DNA of 64,000 nt from Candidatus Woesearchaeota archaeon. GTDB taxonomy: Archaea; Nanobdellota; Nanobdellia; Woesearchaeales; JABMPP01. The notes beneath the pieces are model-generated. The model saw only the letters and a list, made by a program, of their open reading frames with translations, did no database searches and was not told the origin of the DNA. The DNA lies in the NCBI GenBank assembly GCA_018303405.1, contig JAGVYD010000011.1, forward strand, positions 15,257 to 79,256, in the 5' to 3' direction. Of this stretch, positions 57,928-64,000 are shown piece by piece. Numbering within the stretch: position 1 is the stretch's first letter; the number at the start of each line of letters is the position of its first letter. The position numbers and the translations under genes were made by a program.

Positions 57928-59049
57928 TTGGGTCGGGGAATGAAAATACTTGTGACAGGCGGTGCAGGATTCATTGGCTCATTTCTTGTAGATTCCCTTG
58001 TCAATGCAGGCCATGATGTTGTGATTGTTGACAGCCTTGAGCCCCAGGTGCACAATGGCAAGGCACCAGAGTACCTGAACAAAAAAGCAAAATTCATGCA
58101 GGGCAATGTCAAGGACAGGAAATTCATGCTAAAGGCAATGGAAGGCGTGGAATTCATCTATCACCACGCGTCTGTTGTTGGAATAGGGCAGTCCAATTAT
58201 GAGATTGCCAGGTTTGTCAATGACAATAGCCACGGCACAGCTGTAATCCTGGATATCCTGGCAAATGAGAGGCACAATGTCAAAAAAATGGTGATACCAA
58301 GCTCGAATACATGCTATGGCGAAGGCATGTACAAATGCGAAAAATGCGGGGAGTTCAAAGGAAGGCTGAGAGCGCAGGAAGACATTACCGGCAATTCCTG
58401 GGATGTAAAATGCCCCTCGTGCCATGAGGCCGCTGGCCCAATCCCTGTGCAGGAGGACACGCCTCTTGACTGCAATTCCATCTACTCATACACCAAGCGC
58501 GACCAGGAGAACATGGCAATGCACATCGGCAGGATGTACGGCATTCCAATAACAGTTTTCCGGTACTTCAATGTCTATGGGCCAAGGCAAAGCCTGTCCA
58601 ATCCATACACTGGCGTGAGCGCAATTTTTATCTCGAGGCTCATGGCTGGAAAAGCCCCGGTCATTTATGAGGATGGATTGCAGACGCGGGATTTCATCAG
58701 CGTCCATGATGTTGTTGATGCAAGCATGCTGGCAATGAATTCCAGGGCTTCTGACTATGGGATTTTCAATGTGGGGACAGGACAGCCAATCACAATAACC
58801 CAGGTCGCCCTTGAGGCTGCAAAGCTGCTGGGGAAAAAAATCAAGCCGGAAATAAGCGGCAAGTTCAGGAAGGGGGATATCAGGCACTGCATCGCAGATA
58901 TCTCGAAAATCAAGGCCAGGCTGGGCTGGTCGCCTAAAACAGGATTCTCAAGAGGATTTGCGAGCCTGGTCAAGGGCAGTTCCGAAGCAGGGCACCATGA
59001 CAATTTCGACAAGGCAAGCAGTGAGCTTGAAAAGCGCGGGTTGGCATGA
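57928..59049 (+). CDS. NAD-dependent sugar epimerase/dehydratase with internal zinc-ribbon insertion
   Basis: MKILVTGGAGFIGS Rossmann motif and SDR catalytic YxxxK. An about 40-aa insert (YKCEKCGEFKG...DVKCPSCHEA) has two CxxC pairs. Confidence 0.75.
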   Translation: MGRGMKILVTGGAGFIGSFLVDSLVNAGHDVVIVDSLEPQVHNGKAPEYLNKKAKFMQGNVKDRKFMLKAMEGVEFIYHHASVVGIGQSNYEIARFVNDNSHGTAVILDILANERHNVKKMVIPSSNTCYGEGMYKCEKCGEFKGRLRAQEDITGNSWDVKCPSCHEAAGPIPVQEDTPLDCNSIYSYTKRDQENMAMHIGRMYGIPITVFRYFNVYGPRQSLSNPYTGVSAIFISRLMAGKAPVIYEDGLQTRDFISVHDVVDASMLAMNSRASDYGIFNVGTGQPITITQVALEAAKLLGKKIKPEISGKFRKGDIRHCIADISKIKARLGWSPKTGFSRGFASLVKGSSEAGHHDNFDKASSELEKRGLA

Positions 59050-59789
59050 TGGCTGGAAAAATCCAATTGTCGATTGTAATCCCTGCGCACAATGAGCACA
59101 GCAATCTCCCATTCCTTCTTGAGGACCTGGTAAATCTCAGGGCAAAACTGCCTGAAGCTGAAATAATAGTTGTGGATGACAATAGCCAGGACACCACGCT
59201 GAAAATCGCAACGGCATTCTCCCGCAAGCATGATTTCATCAGGGCAATACACCGTGGCAAGGGCGACAATGGCATGGGCGCTGCGCTTAAGGAAGGGACG
59301 AAAGCAGCAAAAGGAAAATACGTTGTCTGGCTCATGGGCGACAGGTCGGACAACCTTTCCGCGCTGCCGCAATTTGTAAAAAAGCTTGAGTCAGGCTTTG
59401 ACATGGTTTTTGGCTCAAGGCACATGAAAGGCGGCTCAAGGGGCGACCTTGCGGTATCCAAGGCAATCCTAAGCCATGGCTACACACTCTGCACCAGGAT
59501 TTTATTCGGGATAAGGGTGCATGACATCACAAATGCTTTCAGGGCGTTCAGGAAAGAATTATTTGACAGGATTGCGCTGGAATCAGACAACTTTGCGATA
59601 TCTCCTGAATTTGCAATCAAGGCGCAGCTTGCGGGGTATAAGCTGTGCGAGGTGCCTACAGGTTACAGGGACAGGCAGTCAGGGGTCAGCAAGTTCAAGC
59701 TGGTAAGGATGGGAGTGGATTATGTCAGCCTGTTCAAGTACAGGATAACCGGGTACAAGGCTGGAAAGGGAAAAATCAGGGTTAGGTAA
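59046..59789 (+). CDS. Family-2 glycosyltransferase, dolichyl-phosphate mannose/glucose synthase-like
   Basis: 247 aa. LSIVIPAHNE...IIVVDDNSQD...DxD-like and acceptor-loop motifs of DPM1-type GT2 enzymes. Confidence 0.8.
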   Translation: MMAGKIQLSIVIPAHNEHSNLPFLLEDLVNLRAKLPEAEIIVVDDNSQDTTLKIATAFSRKHDFIRAIHRGKGDNGMGAALKEGTKAAKGKYVVWLMGDRSDNLSALPQFVKKLESGFDMVFGSRHMKGGSRGDLAVSKAILSHGYTLCTRILFGIRVHDITNAFRAFRKELFDRIALESDNFAISPEFAIKAQLAGYKLCEVPTGYRDRQSGVSKFKLVRMGVDYVSLFKYRITGYKAGKGKIRVR

Positions 59790-59836
59790 ACTTTAGGGCA
59801 ATAGCAGCATTCTGGCTTTATTGTCCTGGAAGATAT

Positions 59837-59886
59837 TTGGCACGGAAGGCAGGGAGACGCTCGCTTTGCTCGGTCTCCCGAACTGC
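59837..59886 (+). repeat. 50-bp hairpin repeat, copy 1
   Basis: ttggcacggaaggcagggagacgctcgctttgctcggtctcccgaactgc. Identical to copy 2 and contains the GGGAGAC...GTCTCCC inverted repeat. Confidence 0.8.
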
Positions 59887-59933
59887 ATTTCTTAGGTAAG
59901 ATTTATAATGCGTCATTAAATCCAATATACTGT

Positions 59934-59950
59934 GCCGCGGTCGCTTAGCC
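59934..59950 (+). other. Duplicated 5' fragment of tRNA-Ser (17-19 nt) with its own TATA-like box
   Basis: GCCGCGGTCGCTTAGCC is identical to positions 1-17 of the tRNA-Ser at 60124. Preceded by gatttataatg at about -30, which looks like an archaeal TATA box. The sequence diverges after TAGCC. Confidence 0.6.
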
Positions 59951-59964
59951 ACAACTGGCCTCAG

Positions 59965-60014
59965 TTGGCACGGAAGGCAGGGAGACGCTCGCTTTGCTCG
60001 GTCTCCCGAACTGC
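59965..60014 (+). repeat. 50-bp hairpin repeat, copy 2
   Basis: Perfect 50/50 identity with 59837-59886. A third, diverged copy (GCACGGAAGcCgGGGAGAC...GTCTCCCGAACcGC) lies on the minus strand at 1202-1250. Confidence 0.8.
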
Positions 60015-60123
60015 GACTATCGGCAATAGGGACGGGAATCAATAGCGATTATAACTTTAAAATTACATCGCGTCGGGGAATTTTATGTTCCCCCCGTTTT
60101 TACCAGATTTTTGTTAAAAATCT

Positions 60124-60253
60124 GCCGCGGTCGCTTAGCCCGGTATAGCGCTGGATTGCTAGATACTGTATAACTAGTGTCTTAGAAACCTACTATACCA
60201 TGCAGACATCCAGTGTCCGCAAGGACTCGGGAGTTCAAATCTCCCCCGCGGCG
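60124..60253 (+). tRNA. tRNA-Ser (anticodon GCU) with 46-nt intron at canonical 37/38 position
   Basis: Manual fold: acceptor GCCGCGG/CCGCGGC, D-arm, anticodon stem CTGGA/TCCAG with loop TTGCTA-[intron 60162-60207]-A, long variable arm (GTCC GCAA GGAC), T-arm GGGAG TTCAAAT CTCCC, discriminator G. Oligo-T tract follows. Confidence 0.8.
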
Positions 60254-60290
60254 CTTTTCTTATTTTATAAGGAAGTGAAACGCCAAAAAA

Positions 60291-60560
60291 TTAGTCCTTT
60301 CCCATAAATTTACCAATATACTCCATTATTTTCTCTTTCTTTTCAATATTTATTGAAACATGCTTTCCATAGCCTGTCTTTTTCAAGTACAAAATCCCCT
60401 CTTTAATCAATTCTTCAGAGATTTCCTTAACTCTCCCTTTCAAATCGGGAGGAAAGCTCTTTGCAAGATTCTCAAAGGCAGTGTGGCTATGTTCAAACTT
60501 CCCTTTGCGCGTAAGCTTGTGCAAAATCTTTCCTTTAATCTGTGAATCATTCCACGTCAT
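60291..60560 (-). CDS. Small hypothetical protein (possible winged-helix)
   Basis: 89 aa in AT-rich DNA just 3' of tRNA-Ser. Weak wH-like pattern (GILYLKKTGYGKHVSIN). Confidence 0.25.
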   Translation of the reverse strand: MTWNDSQIKGKILHKLTRKGKFEHSHTAFENLAKSFPPDLKGRVKEISEELIKEGILYLKKTGYGKHVSINIEKKEKIMEYIGKFMGKD

Positions 60561-60632
60561 AAGTCCACCAGAATAGACTTTGAAAGGTTAAATTTATATA
60601 CTTTTCTGTTTATTCAATATCAAGGTAAAAAA

Positions 60633-60962
60633 ATGGAAGAAAAATCGTTATTGCTTAATTTGACGGGAGACTTGCCTTTATTTAGAATAATTGATTTTCT
60701 GCTTGAAAACAAAGGGATGGACTACAGCAAGACAGACATCGCCAAGGGTGCAGGGATTTCAAGGGCATCTTTGTTCAATTACTGGATAGAATTGGAAAAA
60801 CACAGGCTGATAAAAACAACAAGAAGCTTTGGCAAGACAAAGCTGTATACCCTAAACGTTAGCAATCCAATTACACAAAGGATTATTGAGCTTGAGAAAA
60901 CATTGATAAGCGAAGCCATGAACAAAGCTGTGAAGAAAAAAGAAATTTTGGTTGAAAATTGA
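60633..60962 (+). CDS. Winged helix-turn-helix transcriptional regulator, putative
   Basis: 109 aa. DIAKGAGISRASLFNYWIELEKHRLIKTTRSFGKTKLYTL is a typical HTH recognition helix plus wing. Confidence 0.5.
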   Translation: MEEKSLLLNLTGDLPLFRIIDFLLENKGMDYSKTDIAKGAGISRASLFNYWIELEKHRLIKTTRSFGKTKLYTLNVSNPITQRIIELEKTLISEAMNKAVKKKEILVEN

Positions 60963-60996
60963 GTTATTTTTCTGAAACCTTTATTTTTATATATCT

Positions 60997-61587
60997 CTAT
61001 TCTTGTTTGTCAATTTCCCATTCAATTTCTGGATAATGCCTTGGCTTAATTTTCTTGATATTTTTTAATACATACTTTTTGAGTTCTTCCCCATTTTCCT
61101 TTGAATAAGCCCGTACGTTTCCATAAAAGAAATAACTTCCTTTTTGACTCTTGACAATAAGTGCACTGATATAATCATTTACCTTCAGCAAGTTTGGAAA
61201 ATCAATTGTTTTAATTAAGTACTTTTTACTATCTATTACATTCTTAATTAGATAATCTTTTCTGTTAATATGCACAACTTGAAAAAGCGAGTCATTGTAT
61301 TCAACAAAGTTTCTTATAATCTTTCGGTCATTTTTTGTAAAGAAGTCAAGAGGGAATAGCAGTGCATATTCCATTGGCGTTGCGCCCTTAATTTTTCTTT
61401 GAAGCAGAAAATATGATAAGAATCCACTATAATAGGTTGTATCATCTTTTGCTGACTGTGCCTCTTGTGTTGCCTGAAACTCTTTGTTCGCTTTTTGTAA
61501 CTCTTTAGGGTGCAGATTGTTTATGAAACCAAGCACTTTTCTAATCACTTTTGTTTCTGGCTGTATTTTACCCCTTGTCATAATCAA
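60997..61587 (-). CDS. Hypothetical protein (196 aa), third gene of AT-rich cassette
   Basis: About 30 percent GC. Overlaps the upstream gene by 20 nt. No motif recognised. Confidence 0.3.
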   Translation of the reverse strand: MIMTRGKIQPETKVIRKVLGFINNLHPKELQKANKEFQATQEAQSAKDDTTYYSGFLSYFLLQRKIKGATPMEYALLFPLDFFTKNDRKIIRNFVEYNDSLFQVVHINRKDYLIKNVIDSKKYLIKTIDFPNLLKVNDYISALIVKSQKGSYFFYGNVRAYSKENGEELKKYVLKNIKKIKPRHYPEIEWEIDKQE

Positions 61588-61951
61588 AGCCCATTTTCTC
61601 CAAATCTATTCTCAAATACTTTTCCTGCAGGTCATAAACAGTATTATACAAATAATCATTATCCCATTTTGTAAAAATCCCGATATTTTTATGAATACTT
61701 TCTATTAGTTCCATTGGTTTGAGTGATGGCATTGTCATAAAGAAAAAGAAGAAAATTTTATCGTATATCTTTATTGTCACATCAATAAGCTTATATTTTA
61801 CAGAAATAGCTTTTAAAGCATTTCTTAGCCCTTCTTTTTCCTGTATTGTTTCATCATTCATAGTTTTATGACAGTAGAAATATCCTCCTTGGTGCACTGA
61901 GTGGCTGAATTTGTATAATTTTCTTCCTCTTTTATCAACTTCAATCTTCAT
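61568..61951 (-). CDS. Hypothetical protein (127 aa), second gene of AT-rich cassette
   Basis: Translationally coupled to flanking genes (4-nt and 20-nt overlaps). No motif recognised. Confidence 0.3.
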   Translation of the reverse strand: MKIEVDKRGRKLYKFSHSVHQGGYFYCHKTMNDETIQEKEGLRNALKAISVKYKLIDVTIKIYDKIFFFFFMTMPSLKPMELIESIHKNIGIFTKWDNDYLYNTVYDLQEKYLRIDLEKMGFDYDKG

Positions 61952-62229
61952 CTTACATCCAGCCCTTTCATTTTCTTCAGCTTGCTCTGGGGGTTAAATG
62001 TCCAGAGCACTTTATCATCGGAGAAGACTATTTTTCCGCTATATGCCAGATAATCCAATATTGCAATCACTGTCTGATGCATCACCTGCTTTGGCAGCTT
62101 TCTTTTCAATTCAGCAACCGATATCAGACTATCAGCTTTTTGCAGAGTATCCTCTACCATAAGAACTGTATTTAAGGTGGGGCTTCTTTGTTCTGCATAG
62201 TTCCTTGTCTTTAAGGTTATTGTTTGCAT
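61948..62229 (-). CDS. Hypothetical protein (93 aa), first gene of AT-rich cassette, possible wH domain
   Basis: ISVAELKRKLPKQVMHQTVIAILDYLAYSGKIV resembles a winged-helix recognition helix. Weak call. Confidence 0.3.
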   Translation of the reverse strand: MQTITLKTRNYAEQRSPTLNTVLMVEDTLQKADSLISVAELKRKLPKQVMHQTVIAILDYLAYSGKIVFSDDKVLWTFNPQSKLKKMKGLDVR

Positions 62230-62336
62230 ATCAACTGATATAATATCAACTGATATATAAACTTTTCTATTTTTATGTTAATTAAATCAGTGAGTTTAAT
62301 AAACAACTAGGCATTCTCAAGTAAAAAAGTGGTAAG

Positions 62337-62404
62337 AAAAGGGGGGGGGGCGTTATCATTGTTTATAAAGGAAAAAGATGATACCCCCCCGGCGTTCTAA
62401 CTCC
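62337..62404. other. Homopolymer G10 / C7 inverted repeat hairpin
   Basis: aaaaGGGGGGGGGGcg...43 nt...ataCCCCCCCggcg. The G-run at 62341-62350 and the C-run at 62394-62400 can pair. Intergenic between the AT-rich cassette and hicB. Confidence 0.6.
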
Positions 62405-62476
62405 AAGTCAGAAGACTACCACACTGCCTTTTCATCTTGAAATATGCAAAAATATATAAATTCATGAGCTATTTGG

Positions 62477-62707
62477 GTGACCATGCCAAAAACATTTCAC
62501 GTCCTTATCGAGCAAGACGAAGATGGAGTTTACACAGGCAAGGTGCCAGAGCTCCGGGGCTGCCTCAGCCAGGGAGACACCCTAGATGAGCTCATGAAAA
62601 ACATCAAGGAAGCGATTGAGCTATGCCTCGAGGTCCAATCTGAGAAAAACCAGAAGCTTAGCCAGGACAATATCAGATTTGTGGGTGTGCAGCAGCTCGA
62701 GGTGTGA
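62477..62707 (+). CDS. hicB: HicB-family antitoxin
   Basis: 76 aa. FHVLIEQDEDGVYTGKVPELRGCLSQGDTLDELMKNIKEAIELCLE matches the HicB/UPF0150 consensus. Confidence 0.75.
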   Translation: MTMPKTFHVLIEQDEDGVYTGKVPELRGCLSQGDTLDELMKNIKEAIELCLEVQSEKNQKLSQDNIRFVGVQQLEV

Positions 62708-62710
62708 GCC

Positions 62711-62935
62711 TTGAAGCTGCCGCTGCTTTCTTCCAGGGAACTCTGCAAATTCCTTGAAAAAGAAGGATTCAAGGCGGAAAGACAGAAGGGCAGCCACAGA
62801 TTTTACAAGCATGCGGACGGAAGAAGCACAGTTGTCCCTGTTCATGCAAACAAGGATATCAGCAGGGGATTGCTTAAGGCAATCCTTGAAGAAATTGGGA
62901 TGGAAAGGGAAGAATTCTTCAGAAAACTAAAATAG
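62711..62935 (+). CDS. hicA: HicA-family toxin (mRNA interferase)
   Basis: 74 aa. LLSSRELCKFLEKEGFKAERQKGSHRFYKH...TVVPVH matches HicA/YcfA with the catalytic GSH motif. Confidence 0.75.
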   Translation: MKLPLLSSRELCKFLEKEGFKAERQKGSHRFYKHADGRSTVVPVHANKDISRGLLKAILEEIGMEREEFFRKLK

Positions 62936-63062
62936 GAATCTGCGCCTTCATGGCCTGATGTCCCCCCCTGGCGCTTTTATTTCTTCTTTTTGCCATAGGG
63001 ATTGCTTTTCCAAAATTGGGCTGTTGTTTTTGGTTATAGGAGCCTTTATATAAGATGTTCAC

Positions 63063-63620
63063 TTGGGTTTTATCATGGACATGCCCGACCCAAACTTCCC
63101 AAAATTGACAAGGAATGAGAAAACAGTCCTAAAAAAAATCATAGAGCAGGCCAAGGTGCCGGATATGGAAATCGCCCAGAAAATGGGGCTCTCGCAGCAG
63201 GCGATCTTTAGGATAAGGCACAAGCTCGAAAAGGTCGGGATAATAAAGGGTTATATGCCAATAATAGATTTCAAGAAAATAGGTATTGAGACATTGGTTG
63301 TTCTCGGCATAAAATTCAAGGATCCCGTCTGGGAAAAATACTCCGAAGAGCAAATTGCAGAGAAGATACGAAAGATCCCGCAAGTGATAATATGCTACAG
63401 GATTCCAGAGTCGGGCGTATCACACCTTCTTATCATGGGGTTCAGGAACATGGACCACAAGGACAGGTACCTCATGTCCTTGCAGACAAAATACTCCAAG
63501 GAAATTGAAATAGTAAGCGTCTATCCATTCTCAGTGGACAGAATCATCAAGACAAACAACGTCGGGCTATTGAACATAATCCTTGACAAGGACGAGTTCG
63601 GCAGGAATGATTTTTTCTAG
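63063..63620 (+). CDS. Lrp/AsnC-family transcriptional regulator
   Basis: 185 aa. N-terminal HTH (MEIAQKMGLSQQAIFRIRHKLEKVGIIKGY) and C-terminal RAM domain. Confidence 0.75.
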   Translation: MGFIMDMPDPNFPKLTRNEKTVLKKIIEQAKVPDMEIAQKMGLSQQAIFRIRHKLEKVGIIKGYMPIIDFKKIGIETLVVLGIKFKDPVWEKYSEEQIAEKIRKIPQVIICYRIPESGVSHLLIMGFRNMDHKDRYLMSLQTKYSKEIEIVSVYPFSVDRIIKTNNVGLLNIILDKDEFGRNDFF

Positions 63621-63699
63621 GGTAATCAACAATCACCTGACCTGTTGAAGTTGATTTTTACTACCACAGTATATTATACCTTCCCTACTTAATACTGCT

Positions 63700-63960
63700 A
63701 TGGTTAAGCCAATTAAGGCATTCAGGTGTAGGCACTGCATGAGGCAGAGCAAGGGCAAGGTCAAACTTGTCGGGCTTACAATGGTATGCCCTTATTGCGG
63801 AAAACCAAGTGAGGAGATCAGTTTGGTGAGCAAACTTAGAGCAGCTGAAATCAAAAAGCCGCACAAGGCGGCCGAAATCAAAGAGCTGCTTGTAGATAAT
63901 CTCGGGGCAGGGATGGATTATCAGAAATCTGCCCTGAGGCTCTACTTTGAGGTGAATTGA
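63700..63960 (+). CDS. Small zinc-ribbon protein
   Basis: 86 aa with CRHC...CPYCG (two CxxC pairs). Confidence 0.35.
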   Translation: MVKPIKAFRCRHCMRQSKGKVKLVGLTMVCPYCGKPSEEISLVSKLRAAEIKKPHKAAEIKELLVDNLGAGMDYQKSALRLYFEVN

Positions 63961-64000
63961 GATGTGGCAGACAGATCTGGATTTTATGTACGAAAGTGAG

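Noticed and set aside
59837-60014. CRISPR array
   Set aside because: Only two repeat copies with unequal spacing (128 bp) and no cas genes. The unit is 50 bp with an internal long hairpin, unlike CRISPR repeats.

Overview
The window reads as an archaeal chromosome segment, judging by ribosomal proteins S27e/L44e/L37e/S8e, aIF2-alpha, Nop10, an Sm-like protein, GINS, RtcB+archease, a PAC2 homolog and an S-layer protein. The core content is as follows. (i) A group-3b sulfhydrogenase-type [NiFe]-hydrogenase operon (hydBGDA-like) with maturation genes (endopeptidase, hypA, hypC). (ii) The tRNA-splicing ligase module RtcB-archease, flanked by a free-standing LAGLIDADG homing endonuclease and a truncated Hel308-like helicase fragment. 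(iii) Glycolysis/gluconeogenesis genes of largely bacterial type (enolase, iPGM, GlpX, DhnA-type class I aldolase, alanine dehydrogenase). (iv) The conserved L44e-S27e-aIF2alpha-Nop10-PAC2 operon and the L37e-LSm pair. (v) Cell-envelope genes: an S-layer protein, GT2/GT39-like glycosyltransferases, two SDR sugar epimerases, two PMM/PGM mutases, a sugar nucleotidyltransferase and a large polytopic membrane protein. The window also holds two tRNA genes, tRNA-Leu(UAG) and an intron-containing tRNA-Ser(GCU). Each is followed by an AT-rich accessory island: a RelE-like toxin plus secreted proteins after tRNA-Leu, and a three-gene hypothetical cassette plus HicAB after tRNA-Ser. I cannot identify any single complete novel system with confidence. 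The observations most worth a second look are listed here. (1) An asparagine-synthetase (AsnB) fused to a Dph6-type diphthine-ammonia-ligase domain. (2) A ~50-nt hairpin element present in three copies, two tandem copies beside tRNA-Ser and one inside a ~300-nt GC-rich structured intergenic region. (3) A promoter-bearing partial duplicate of the tRNA-Ser 5' end. (4) The homing endonuclease inserted exactly at the rtcB stop codon. (5) The AT-rich three-gene cassette beside tRNA-Ser.
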